A program made the position numbers and the translations under genes. This document shows, one piece after another, positions 8,063 through 17,289 of a DNA stretch of 64,000 bases; the stretch's first letter is position 1, and the number at the start of each line of letters is the position of its first letter. The stretch covers positions 7,166 to 71,165 of the forward strand of contig JAYQSB010000001.1 in the NCBI GenBank assembly GCA_038146705.1, given 5' to 3'. The DNA comes from Candidatus Poseidoniales archaeon (GTDB taxonomy: Archaea > Thermoplasmatota > Poseidoniia > Poseidoniales > Poseidoniaceae). The notes under the pieces were generated by a model. That model was not told the DNA's origin and searched no databases. It saw only the letters and a list, made by a program, of their open reading frames with translations.

Positions 8063-10939
8063 ATGGGAGAGGCGAAGGCATTGTCGCCGATATCAAAAAT
8101 CCGTGCAATTGCACTGGTCGGTTTGCTTCTCTTTTCAGTCCTACCACTGATGTCTTCTCCAGTGATTGCAGAAGGAAGAGATGCCTCAATTACCATTCAA
8201 GCAATCCCTACATCACTTGAGGTGAATCCCGGCGAGGCTGGCGAATACACCATTCGTGTGTACAACACCGGCTCTGACCCAATCACAGTTTCATTGTCAA
8301 CAAATGAAGAGGCAACACAAGAGTGCAATGCATACAATTCCGTGATTCAACAAATCTCTGGCCAAATCGAATCAAACTCGTACGAAGAAACTTCTCTCAA
8401 TATCTCGCTAAGTCAAGTTGCAGAGGGGAGTTGTGACACGACCATCACAGCAAATGCTCAACTTGTCCCTCCCGCTGTCGGTTCCCCTGCCCAAGAATCA
8501 GTAACGGTAACGACCTCCGCCGGTGATGGCTCTGGAAGTGCACTCTTTGCGATCGATGTTACCATCAACAATCCAGATAAAAACTGGGATGGCGAAGAAT
8601 CGCTCGATTACACCATTGAGATTGAAAACACTGGGCAATCTGACGCCAACGTCAATCTCGCATTGAATGATGGAACTGGCCCTGGGTGCACTTCCTCCTC
8701 CGACATTACAACAACATTGAGCGAAACAACACTGACCGTTGGCCAAGACGATACAGAAATTGTCACAGCAACAGTCGAAATTCCCGATGGTCAAGCCGCC
8801 GATAAGTACTGTTGGGAGGTCGAAGCGGTCGTAACGAACGACCCATCACAAGAAGCGACAGATTCTGAGGAATTTTCGCTCAGTGTGCCAGAACTTCACA
8901 CATGTGATGTTGTTTTGAGCAAAAATTCAGTGAGTGTTGACCCGGGAAAAGAAGGGTCATTCAAAGCTACGTTTTCGAATACAGGAAACGACGATTGGTC
9001 ACTAACAGCGGGAGGCGTTGGTGCAAAAGCGGCATGGATTGGAATGGACGAAGGTCAAGCTGCTTCAGGACTTCTAGAGTACGATAACGGTGAAGGCCAA
9101 CGCATTGTGAACATGATTGTAACACCTGACGACAGCGTCAACGCCGGCTCAGAAACAGTTGTTAGTATCGTTGGCAAAGAAGGGAACAGCGTCAAATGTT
9201 CTGCCGATCTTCGTATCATTGTCGGGCAATCTCGAGGAGCCAGCATCAGTGCTTCCACCACATTGCTACCGAACATTGAGCCAGGAACAAGTGGCATGAT
9301 TACCGTCACAGTTCAAAACGAAGGAAACGGTGTAGATACTCTACGAGTCGCATCTTCTGCCCCGGAGAGTGGGTGGGCTATACGCCTATCAGAATCAAGT
9401 GTGAGTGTAGGGTCAAAACATGGGTCCGATGACACAGCCAGCGTGGAAGTGACCGTCGATGTCCCAATCGATGCACTTGCCACGGATGAAATTCCAGTTA
9501 CCATTAGCGTGTTGCCGCAGAGCGGAGGTGCGGCTTATGACAGTGTTACATTCACGGTCACGGTTGCAGAATACCATGCCATGGATGCTACTGCCTTATC
9601 CACAGACCAAACTGGTCGCTCTGCAACAGAAGTTCGTTTCCCTATCGAAGTGGAGAATCAGGGCAATGTACAGGATACCATGCGGTTTGCCATGATGTCT
9701 CAAACAGCATCTCCTGCATGGGACACTCACTTTGAAACAGAGAGTGGCTCTCCTTTTACTGAAATTGATGTCTCCCCAAGGACGACATTAACCGTTTATT
9801 TCGTCGTCAGCATCGATGGTGAAGAAGAACTCGAATACTCAAGATTTACCGTCCGCATTACAAACAAAGACGACCCTAACTCAGCGGATGACGATGAGGA
9901 TGGACTCCCAGATAATCAACGCGAATTTACATTCAGGGCTATCCTTTCGAACCGAAACTTTGCAATGGACGTTCGTTTTGATGCACCAGATTTATCCCCA
10001 AGAAGTAAATCTATACTTCTTCCACCTGACGGTACAATGACACTTGGTCTTTGGATTCGAAACACAGGAGATGGTGCAGACCGTGCTGTCATCTCAATGA
10101 ATGGCCTTGAAGGGATTGCAACTCGAACAATCAGTATGTATGGCTTGCCCGTGGATGATGAAATTGAGGTACCTGTAGGCTTTGGAATTTGGAATATATC
10201 CGCTTCATCTTTTGAAATGGATGGAACAGGTGAGCCGATTACGGCGACTTCGAAAGCGGGCATTGAAAACAAGATGGTTGAGGCTGGCAAAGTTGAAGGG
10301 TACACCGCTCGAGAGTATGAGGTGTTCGTTAATCTCACCATCCGAGTCTCGGCTGGAGCAGAAAAAGGCGAAGGTGGACTTCTTGACCTAGTGGTAACAA
10401 GTGTCTCAAATGCAGCAAACCGCTCTGGTGCTTTGAGCGTCGCACTTGAAGTCAACATCATCCATGAACTTTCAATGGAGCCAACAGATTTTGATCCATC
10501 TGAAATCGACATCACATATGGTGAACGTTCAACCTACGACGTTATGATTCACAACACTGGAAATATTCGTTCAGAATACAGAATATTTACCTCGGAAGAC
10601 CTTCGAGGTTGGTCTGTTGTTCTCGACGGCCCAAATGAAGATTGCAGCCTAGAAAATGGTGACCTTATCTGTTGGATTGAGGCGGGAGAGAGCATACCTA
10701 TCGAAGTCTCAATCCGTCCACCGTATCAATCTGAAATTGATGATATCTACAAATTTACACTCTCCGCAGAACCTGTCGAACTCGAAGAGATTGGACGAGA
10801 AAATATTGAATTCAAAGTGTCAGGAACCTCAGCAGATAATCTCCTCGGTTTAGACGACCGCACGACACTTTCAATTGTCGGAAGTGTGTTTGTTCTTGTG
10901 CTCCTTGGAAGCTTACTTCTCCGAAGGCGACAAACATAG
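8063..10939 (+). CDS. Modular surface (S-layer/adhesin-like) protein with C-terminal membrane anchor
   Basis: Signal-peptide-like N-terminus AIALVGLLLFSVLPLMSSPVIAEG. Seven roughly 120-aa modules each carry a motif of the type VYNTGSDPITVSL, IENTGQSDANVNL, FSNTGNDDWSL, VQNEGNGVDTLRV, VENQGNVQDTMRF, IRNTGDGADRAVI or IHNTGNIRSEYRI. C-terminal TM plus basic tail LSIVGSVFVLVLLGSLLLRRRQT. Confidence 0.75.
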   Translation: MGEAKALSPISKIRAIALVGLLLFSVLPLMSSPVIAEGRDASITIQAIPTSLEVNPGEAGEYTIRVYNTGSDPITVSLSTNEEATQECNAYNSVIQQISGQIESNSYEETSLNISLSQVAEGSCDTTITANAQLVPPAVGSPAQESVTVTTSAGDGSGSALFAIDVTINNPDKNWDGEESLDYTIEIENTGQSDANVNLALNDGTGPGCTSSSDITTTLSETTLTVGQDDTEIVTATVEIPDGQAADKYCWEVEAVVTNDPSQEATDSEEFSLSVPELHTCDVVLSKNSVSVDPGKEGSFKATFSNTGNDDWSLTAGGVGAKAAWIGMDEGQAASGLLEYDNGEGQRIVNMIVTPDDSVNAGSETVVSIVGKEGNSVKCSADLRIIVGQSRGASISASTTLLPNIEPGTSGMITVTVQNEGNGVDTLRVASSAPESGWAIRLSESSVSVGSKHGSDDTASVEVTVDVPIDALATDEIPVTISVLPQSGGAAYDSVTFTVTVAEYHAMDATALSTDQTGRSATEVRFPIEVENQGNVQDTMRFAMMSQTASPAWDTHFETESGSPFTEIDVSPRTTLTVYFVVSIDGEEELEYSRFTVRITNKDDPNSADDDEDGLPDNQREFTFRAILSNRNFAMDVRFDAPDLSPRSKSILLPPDGTMTLGLWIRNTGDGADRAVISMNGLEGIATRTISMYGLPVDDEIEVPVGFGIWNISASSFEMDGTGEPITATSKAGIENKMVEAGKVEGYTAREYEVFVNLTIRVSAGAEKGEGGLLDLVVTSVSNAANRSGALSVALEVNIIHELSMEPTDFDPSEIDITYGERSTYDVMIHNTGNIRSEYRIFTSEDLRGWSVVLDGPNEDCSLENGDLICWIEAGESIPIEVSIRPPYQSEIDDIYKFTLSAEPVELEEIGRENIEFKVSGTSADNLLGLDDRTTLSIVGSVFVLVLLGSLLLRRRQT

Positions 10940-11037
10940 GACTGCGTTGAAGTTTAAACCTCCTTTGAACCCTCTATAGCATGTGGTTGATGAACAACGC
11001 TTATTGAGGGTCCCCAAGTCCGAAAGGGTAAGAGCGT

Positions 11038-11544
11038 ATGCTCTATTGGGTGAATGAAGTGGCCACATTCGATTCTGTACCTGCAGAGTACCTTTCAATC
11101 GGCATTTTAACCATCGTTGGAATTTTGATGCCTCTAACGAATTTTATCATCACATGGGTTGTTCGACCACGTGTTGATCCAGCCCGTCCGCACATCACCA
11201 AATCGTATTTGCTTGAGGGATACGAACGAGACCACAGTCTGTATCCTCGTCGATTGACGACGTTCGAATGTGGTAGCGAACCAGTCGGTGAAGCGATGAT
11301 TCAATTCCACTTTCAGTACTACTGGTATGCAATTATTTTCCTTGTGTTTGATGTTGCATTCATGTTCCTTGTGTTAGGAGGCATGCTCGTTGGCGATGCA
11401 ACCTCAGAAACATTATCTGCGGCGGAACGCAGTACTGCGGTCGAAGATGCTAAAGCAGCCTCACTCGTTCTTCTCGGATTTTTCACCATGGTTTCTCTTG
11501 GTGTTTGGTATGTATTTCGCAAGCGAGGTCGAATTTACATTTGA
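11038..11544 (+). CDS. nuoA: NADH-quinone oxidoreductase subunit A
   Basis: Motif FECGSEPVGEAMIQFHFQYYWYAIIFLVFDVAFMFL is typical of NuoA/ND3. First gene of the nuo operon. Confidence 0.9.
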   Translation: MLYWVNEVATFDSVPAEYLSIGILTIVGILMPLTNFIITWVVRPRVDPARPHITKSYLLEGYERDHSLYPRRLTTFECGSEPVGEAMIQFHFQYYWYAIIFLVFDVAFMFLVLGGMLVGDATSETLSAAERSTAVEDAKAASLVLLGFFTMVSLGVWYVFRKRGRIYI

Positions 11545-11550
11545 GGTGAT
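11543..11550 (+). promoter_or_regulatory. Shine-Dalgarno-like site GAGGTGAT immediately before the nuoB ATG
   Basis: The same GAGGTGA(T) element recurs before nuoD, nuoH, nuoI, nuoL, nuoN, rpoF, spt5 and rpl1. Confidence 0.6.
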
Positions 11551-12147
11551 ATGATGGGAACGCAAGAAGAGAATTATGCTGCATTCAACAGTAAAGCATT
11601 GCTTGAGGTCGTTGGAGATGTGACTGATGAGGCCCTCAAGGCTACAAAAATCAAGCAATTTTTGAGCGTGCTCGCCGGTCGATTTTTCAATTGGGCTGGT
11701 CGAAAATCGTTGTTCACGCTCCACCTTGGTATCAAGTGCTGCGCTATCGAGATGGCGGCAGCAGCAACCCCTCGATTTGACGGTGACCGTTTCGGTGTTC
11801 TTTTCCGTTCATCCCCTCGCCAATCCGATGTCCTTCTCGTCAACGGACCAATTTCGAAGAAATTTGCAGATAAAATCGTTCGACTTTGGGAGCAAATGCC
11901 AGAACCAAAATATTGCATTGCCATGGGCGAATGTGCTATCTCAGGCGGCCCTTACTTCCAGTCGTACAACATTCTCGAGGGCGTCGATACCGTCATCCCA
12001 GTCGATGTCTATATCCCAGGATGCCCTCCTCGTCCCGAAGCACTCATCGATGGTTTCGGTTTACTTCGTGAGAAAATCATTCGAATCGGTGCAGCACCGA
12101 GCTCAGGCCGCAAGGGCGAGAAACCAGTGATTGTAGGGGAGGACTGA
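11551..12147 (+). CDS. nuoB: NADH-quinone oxidoreductase subunit B (N2 Fe-S subunit)
   Basis: CCAIEM, SPRQSDVLLVNGPISKK, CAISGGPY and GCPPRPEAL motifs of NuoB/PSST. Confidence 0.95.
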   Translation: MMGTQEENYAAFNSKALLEVVGDVTDEALKATKIKQFLSVLAGRFFNWAGRKSLFTLHLGIKCCAIEMAAAATPRFDGDRFGVLFRSSPRQSDVLLVNGPISKKFADKIVRLWEQMPEPKYCIAMGECAISGGPYFQSYNILEGVDTVIPVDVYIPGCPPRPEALIDGFGLLREKIIRIGAAPSSGRKGEKPVIVGED

Positions 12148-12149
12148 AC

Positions 12150-12803
12150 ATGGGAATGGCCATTACCCTTGAACAAAATGTAGCAGCTGCAAACGATTGT
12201 GTTGCCCGAATCGAGAAACGATTCGGTGGAACTGGTATCACATCGTCAGTCGAACATCATTCAAACGCTCACAAGATGGCGTTTGTTCGTATCACAACGC
12301 CACCACAGCATTGGCCGGCCCTTGCAAAATGGCTGCGATTTGATTTGGATGTGAACCATTGCTCAATGATCACTGGAACCCACTTTCCAGAAGGCTCACC
12401 AGAACGAGGGTGGGAGGTTGCATATCATTTCATGCGTCAACCGGTAAAAAATCAAGCACCTCACACACATTGTGTACATGTTGCTGAATCACTCAAAGGT
12501 GATGATGTGCCGATGGAATTTGAAGTTCTTATCCCTCTTGAAAACAACGACACTCCATCAGTACCCAGCGTGCAGAATATTTGGGTCGGTGCAGATTGGA
12601 ATGAGAAGGAAACTTGGGATTTGGTCGGAATACAATTTGAAGGTCACGAGAACATGCATCGAGTCCTCAACCCACACGATAGCCCTGAGGGATTTCACCC
12701 ACTCCAAAAGCAACACAAAATCCGATATCACGATTACAATGAAATGTATGACGATGCACAAGGATTTGCTCGAAAACCAGCGGATGAGGGCCGCGTGAAG
12801 TAG
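12150..12803 (+). CDS. nuoC: NADH-quinone oxidoreductase subunit C (30 kDa)
   Basis: Position between nuoB and nuoD. Motif WNEKETWDLVGIQFEGHENMHRVL matches the ERE-x-D-G-F-GHP signature region of NuoC. Confidence 0.85.
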   Translation: MGMAITLEQNVAAANDCVARIEKRFGGTGITSSVEHHSNAHKMAFVRITTPPQHWPALAKWLRFDLDVNHCSMITGTHFPEGSPERGWEVAYHFMRQPVKNQAPHTHCVHVAESLKGDDVPMEFEVLIPLENNDTPSVPSVQNIWVGADWNEKETWDLVGIQFEGHENMHRVLNPHDSPEGFHPLQKQHKIRYHDYNEMYDDAQGFARKPADEGRVK

Positions 12804-12811
12804 GTGATATC

Positions 12812-13951
12812 ATGGCACAAATGTGGATTACAATGGGACCTCAGCATCCAATGACCCACGGGTTGTGGACGCTTCGTGTCAAAGTTGATGGTGAAACTGT
12901 TGTCGATACAGAAGCCGAATTAGGATACATTCACCGAGGCGTTGAGAAGATTTGCGAATCAAGAGATTTCACTCAAGTGACGCCCTATTGCGACCGACTT
13001 TGTTACGTGAGTGCGATGACATGGGCGAACTCGTACATCTATGCCGCTGAAGATTTACTCGAGGTCGACGTCCCTGAACGAGCAGAATACATCCGGCTTA
13101 TTGCCGCAGAATGCCAACGTCTTGCCTCTCACCTCATGTGGTTGGGTGCTTACGGGCCCGACATTGGCAGCCTCACACTCATGACGTGGTGTATGCGAGA
13201 CAGAGAAATGTTCCTTGACTTGCTTCAGGAACTTGGCGGTTCACGAATGCATTACAATTATCCTCGTGTCGGCGGTGTCAAGCGTGATATTCCTGTCGGG
13301 TTTGCAGACAGGCTGATTGCGAAAATCAAACTTTTCGAGAAGCGAATTGATGAATATGAGATGATGCTTGACGAATCGACAATTTGGCTTGTTCGACTTC
13401 AAGGTGTAGGTTATGCACAAGCCGAGGACATGGTCAATGCAGGCGTGACTGGACCAAACATTCGTGCAGCAGGCGTCAATTACGACGTTCGATGGGCACA
13501 TCCGTATTCGGTGTATGATCAAGTCGACTGGGAGCCAGCAGTCGAGAAACCGACTTCGGTCAAAGGTGCAGATTGCTATGACAGATACAGAGTTCGAATG
13601 GAAGAAATGCGACAATCATGCCGTATGATTCTCGATGCTATTGAGAAAATTCCTGGTGGAAAAAACACGAACTACGCCAACGGCGATGAAATGATTATCG
13701 CTAAGGCTCCAACACGAGCACCTGAAGGTGCTACTGGGTTTAGCAACTACGAGTGCACTCGTGGTGCTTCGCAATTCTACATTCAAGGTGGCGGTGATGG
13801 CCGAGGAAAGAACCCGTATCGATTGTCGATTCGTTCACCTATGTTCATTACTATTCCATATGTTGCAAAAACAATGATTGGATACAAAGTCGCTGACATT
13901 CCAGCGATCATGGGTAGTTTCGACCCGTGTATCGGGGAGACAGACCGCTGA
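12812..13951 (+). CDS. nuoD: NADH-quinone oxidoreductase subunit D (49 kDa)
   Basis: N-terminal MGPQHPMTHGLWTLRVKVDGETVV...LGYIHRGVEKICE is typical of NuoD. C-terminal SFDPCIGETDR. Confidence 0.95.
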   Translation: MAQMWITMGPQHPMTHGLWTLRVKVDGETVVDTEAELGYIHRGVEKICESRDFTQVTPYCDRLCYVSAMTWANSYIYAAEDLLEVDVPERAEYIRLIAAECQRLASHLMWLGAYGPDIGSLTLMTWCMRDREMFLDLLQELGGSRMHYNYPRVGGVKRDIPVGFADRLIAKIKLFEKRIDEYEMMLDESTIWLVRLQGVGYAQAEDMVNAGVTGPNIRAAGVNYDVRWAHPYSVYDQVDWEPAVEKPTSVKGADCYDRYRVRMEEMRQSCRMILDAIEKIPGGKNTNYANGDEMIIAKAPTRAPEGATGFSNYECTRGASQFYIQGGGDGRGKNPYRLSIRSPMFITIPYVAKTMIGYKVADIPAIMGSFDPCIGETDR

Positions 13952-13957
13952 GGTGAT
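13950..13957 (+). promoter_or_regulatory. Shine-Dalgarno-like site GAGGTGAT before nuoH
   Basis: Directly precedes the ATG at 13958 and overlaps the nuoD stop. Confidence 0.6.
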
Positions 13958-15469
13958 ATGATGGATGACGCATACGACCTTCGAACATTTCTTTCAGGAC
14001 TTGTTGACAACATTGTTCATTCAGCAGTCGAGGGTACGGCTCTCGAAGATAATGCAGACGCACTTTCGTTTGGCTTGGGTACATTCCTCGTTGTCAATGT
14101 CGTCTTCTTGATGCTCTTCTTTTCGCAATTTGCTATTCTCTGGATTGAGCGAAAAGCTGTTGCCCGAATGCAGGACAGATATGGGGCAACAACTGCTCTT
14201 CGGTCACTCTGGGTTGGAGAAAATGGAACAACTGCAGGCGAATGGTGGAACATGTTGCCGTTCGGCCTTGGAAAACCCATTGGAGTAGTCCACGGTTGGC
14301 TCAACAAGAAATTTGGAAATCGAGATGAAAAATTTGCAACAGTCGACCGAGTGAACAACCGTTCATGGATGGGTTTCACCATCCTTCCCGGCTTTTTCCA
14401 GAACGTTGCAGATGGTATGAAGTTCCTCGTGAAGGAACACATGGTACCTCAGCGAGCTGACAAACTCATCTTTGAGGTTTCACCATTCCTTATTGTATCA
14501 TCGACATTGTTGATTTTGGGGATGATTCCACTATCGAGCGGAATTTATGCAACGAACCCTGACCTTTCAATTTTGTACGCCATCGCAATCTTTGGCATAG
14601 CACCAATCGGGGTATTTTTCGCAGGGTGGTCGTCCAACAACAAATACACACTTATTGGCGGTATTCGATCTGCTGCCCAACTTACTGCATACGAGATTCC
14701 TCTTCTTTTGACACTTCTTTCTGTTGCAATTCTCACTGGTACCTTCAACATCATCGAAAGCATTCACTTCCAACACTCAGCGGGCGTTTGGAACCTTTTC
14801 CTCATGCCACTTGGTGCTGCGTTATTCCTTGTTACGATGATTGCAGAGGTTGAGCGAGTTCCATTCGACATGCCAGAAGCTGAAGCAGAACTTGTCGAAG
14901 GCTGGTGGACTGAATACGGCGGTATGCGATTCGGGATGTTGTTCATGGCAGAATACATACGAACCTATGCTGCTTGTTTCTTGTTCACACACTTCTTCCT
15001 CGGCGGATGGCATTTGCCGCTTCATGGCACAATTGGAAGCATCGAATTCCTCGGCATTGGTGCTGCATATCATTTGATTCCAGGTGCGGGTGTAACACTC
15101 ATCAAGTCATGGCTCGTGTTCCTCATCGTTTTCGTTTGGGCACGATTTGCACTCGCACGTATTCGTACAGACCAAATTCTTGAGTTTGGATGGCGAATGC
15201 TCCTACCACTTGCAGTTCTGCAAGTCATTCTCGCTATGGTGTACCGCTTGTACTTCTTTGATGCAGGCGGCATGGACGACTCAGTATCCGGCGGCATGGC
15301 TTGGGACTTGTTTGGTATCCCAATGCTTGTACCAATTCTCACAACGCTCTTCTGGACAGGATTGTTCCTCATCTATCTCAACGATGAAGGTAAATCAGTC
15401 AATGAAGAACGAATGTTCCATGTCTACACGGTGGAACCAGCAGGGACGGTTGTCCCAGGAACGGAGTGA
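13958..15469 (+). CDS. nuoH: NADH-quinone oxidoreductase subunit H (enlarged, 503 aa)
   Basis: Motifs ERKAVARMQDRYG, VADGMKFLVKE, EVERVPFDMPEAEAELVEGWWTEYGGMRFG and RARFALARIRTDQ of NuoH/ND1. Carries an internal insertion and a C-terminal extension of roughly 70 aa. Confidence 0.9.
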   Translation: MMDDAYDLRTFLSGLVDNIVHSAVEGTALEDNADALSFGLGTFLVVNVVFLMLFFSQFAILWIERKAVARMQDRYGATTALRSLWVGENGTTAGEWWNMLPFGLGKPIGVVHGWLNKKFGNRDEKFATVDRVNNRSWMGFTILPGFFQNVADGMKFLVKEHMVPQRADKLIFEVSPFLIVSSTLLILGMIPLSSGIYATNPDLSILYAIAIFGIAPIGVFFAGWSSNNKYTLIGGIRSAAQLTAYEIPLLLTLLSVAILTGTFNIIESIHFQHSAGVWNLFLMPLGAALFLVTMIAEVERVPFDMPEAEAELVEGWWTEYGGMRFGMLFMAEYIRTYAACFLFTHFFLGGWHLPLHGTIGSIEFLGIGAAYHLIPGAGVTLIKSWLVFLIVFVWARFALARIRTDQILEFGWRMLLPLAVLQVILAMVYRLYFFDAGGMDDSVSGGMAWDLFGIPMLVPILTTLFWTGLFLIYLNDEGKSVNEERMFHVYTVEPAGTVVPGTE

Positions 15470-15478
15470 GGTGAACAT

Positions 15479-16441
15479 ATGCCAACACACCCACATGCAA
15501 GACCAAATTTCAGAAACCTCTTTTGGTACCCATTTAAGATTACACTGATTACAGCACTGCGAACTTTTCCGTTTTTAGGAAAGCGGTTCGGAAAGAAAAT
15601 GGGGGCATACCACAACACTTCCCATCCAGAATTCCTTGACGACGGTAGTCGTACACGTGCTAAAGCATCTGCCGTAATGAACGATGTTGAGAAACAAGAA
15701 TTTGCACCAGACAGAGTGACATCCGACCTTAAACCAACACTTTGGAAACCTCAAACAGTCCAATATCCATACGAGCGACTCGAAGACATGGAACCATGGC
15801 TCTTCGTCCCAGGTAACTATAACGGTCGAATTGGTGTCATTTGGGAAACCTGCACCGCTTGTAAAATGTGTGTCAACATTTGTCCAAACGACTGTTTGCA
15901 CATGACAACCGAACTCAGAGTGGACGTTCTCGACAGCGCTGAAGGTGAATATGGTGGATACGGAGTTGACCTTGAAGTTGGAAAATTTGCAGCGCAGAAA
16001 CTCGATGAAGTTGCTGAAACTCAAACCGGTTTCAATCACGTCACAGCCCATGATGATGTTCCACAAGAATGGCGTTTTGGAGAAGTTCTCGACCTCTCTT
16101 CCTCGACAGCTACAATTCGTTGGAATGACACAGGTACTGAAGAAGTGGTTGAACAAACCAACCTTCACACAGCAGATGACCAAATCGTATCAGGAAGAAT
16201 CGATATTGGCAGATGCATGTTCTGTGGATTGTGCATGGAAGCATGCGGTTTCACGTCGTTCTTCATGACCAACGAATACGATGGAATGTCCGGATTTACT
16301 CGACAAGACCTTTGGTTCGATGCAAGTCGAACTCGTGTTCTCCCCTCCGTCCATCAAGAAGCGGTTGATGAAGAACTTGCAAAGCGTGCGATCAAAGAAC
16401 GCGACAAGCGTGCAAAGAAGGCAGCAAAGGGGGAAAAATGA
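15479..16441 (+). CDS. nuoI: NADH-quinone oxidoreductase subunit I (2x[4Fe-4S]) with a large inter-cluster insertion
   Basis: Two ferredoxin cluster motifs, CTACKMCVNICP and CMFCGLCMEACG. TVQYPYE motif. 320 aa, which I recall as roughly double the usual NuoI size. Confidence 0.9.
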   Translation: MPTHPHARPNFRNLFWYPFKITLITALRTFPFLGKRFGKKMGAYHNTSHPEFLDDGSRTRAKASAVMNDVEKQEFAPDRVTSDLKPTLWKPQTVQYPYERLEDMEPWLFVPGNYNGRIGVIWETCTACKMCVNICPNDCLHMTTELRVDVLDSAEGEYGGYGVDLEVGKFAAQKLDEVAETQTGFNHVTAHDDVPQEWRFGEVLDLSSSTATIRWNDTGTEEVVEQTNLHTADDQIVSGRIDIGRCMFCGLCMEACGFTSFFMTNEYDGMSGFTRQDLWFDASRTRVLPSVHQEAVDEELAKRAIKERDKRAKKAAKGEK

Positions 16442-16442
16442 G

Positions 16443-16718
16443 ATGGATATAGCAACCACAGTTGAATCTGCAGTCTTCTTTTTGTTTGCAACCATTACAA
16501 TTGTGGGTGCACTTGGTCTCATTTACGCCCAACGCGTTGCACATTCCATGCTTTCGCTCATCTTCTGTTTCATGGCAGTATCAGGAATATTCATCCTCAT
16601 GGGAGCAGAGTTCCTCGCCGCAATTCAAATTCTCGTGTACCTAGCGAGCGTTGGTCTTGTCGTTCTGTTCGGCATCATGCTGACAAGAAGACAAATCTTA
16701 GAGGAGGATTTTGAATGA
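16443..16718 (+). CDS. nuoJ: NADH-quinone oxidoreductase subunit J, N-terminal part (split NuoJ)
   Basis: MDIATTVESAVFFLFATITIVGALGLIY...EFLAAIQILVYLASVGLVVLFGIMLT is typical of the NuoJ N-terminal half. The ATG at 16443 follows the nuoI stop. The ORF-track start at 16281 lies inside nuoI. Confidence 0.8.
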   Translation: MDIATTVESAVFFLFATITIVGALGLIYAQRVAHSMLSLIFCFMAVSGIFILMGAEFLAAIQILVYLASVGLVVLFGIMLTRRQILEEDFE

Positions 16719-16984
16719 AATTCCTTTCCCTCATGACTCGAATGGGTCTTTTGGCTCTAGGTTTTATTCTCATCGCCACCGTTAGTGCTGATTCAGTTTG
16801 GCAAGAAGCAAGTGACGACGCGCCCACGACATCTGAATTAGCCGATGACCTTCTCAATGAATGGGGCTTACCTCTACTGGCACTCGGTATCTTGATGGCC
16901 GTTGCAATGATTGGTGCTGCCTACCTCGTACGAGATGAACGAATGGAAAATCTTCTTTGGGAATTTGGAGGTGAAGAAGAGTGA
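16715..16984 (+). CDS. nuoJ: NADH-quinone oxidoreductase subunit J, C-terminal part (split NuoJ)
   Basis: ATGA overlap with the previous ORF. C-terminal TM WGLPLLALGILMAVAMIGAAYLV resembles the last NuoJ helix. Confidence 0.65.
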   Translation: MKFLSLMTRMGLLALGFILIATVSADSVWQEASDDAPTTSELADDLLNEWGLPLLALGILMAVAMIGAAYLVRDERMENLLWEFGGEEE

Positions 16985-17283
16985 TCGACCCCGCATGGGT
17001 TTCTGGCCTAGCAGCCCTCCTTTTCATCATCGGTCTTGCCGGTGCTTTTACCCGGAAAAATGCCATCATCGTACTCATGTGTATCGAATTGATGCTCAAT
17101 GCAGCAAATCTCCAATTCGCAGCAGCAGCGGTTCATCATGGTGACACAACAGGCTGGGTCTACACGCTTTTTGCTATTGCTATTGCAGCGAGTGAAGTTG
17201 CGATCGGTCTCGCCATTTTCCTTGCCATGTATGGAAAGCATGAATCAATCACATTGGACGATGTCAATGTGCTAAAAAATTGA
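16981..17283 (+). CDS. nuoK: NADH-quinone oxidoreductase subunit K
   Basis: 100 aa with three TM helices. Motif CIELMLNAANL...AASEVAIGLAI is typical of NuoK/ND4L. GTGA overlap with the upstream ORF. Confidence 0.9.
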   Translation: MIDPAWVSGLAALLFIIGLAGAFTRKNAIIVLMCIELMLNAANLQFAAAAVHHGDTTGWVYTLFAIAIAASEVAIGLAIFLAMYGKHESITLDDVNVLKN

Positions 17284-17289
17284 GGTGGT

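Noticed and set aside
9916-10515. 199-aa antisense ORF inside the 958-aa surface-protein gene.
   Set aside because: It is entirely nested antisense to a gene with clear modular repeat structure. Its composition is Ser/Pro/Arg-rich, typical of a shadow frame.
15575-16183. 202-aa antisense ORF inside nuoI.
   Set aside because: It lies opposite a gene with unambiguous Fe-S motifs. It has no motif or ribosome-binding site.
16443-16984. NuoJ split into two ORFs, considered as a possible frameshift or pseudogene.
   Set aside because: The junction is a clean ATGA stop/start overlap like the other junctions in the operon. As I recall, split nuoJ1/nuoJ2 genes are known in archaea. Both halves keep their TM helices.
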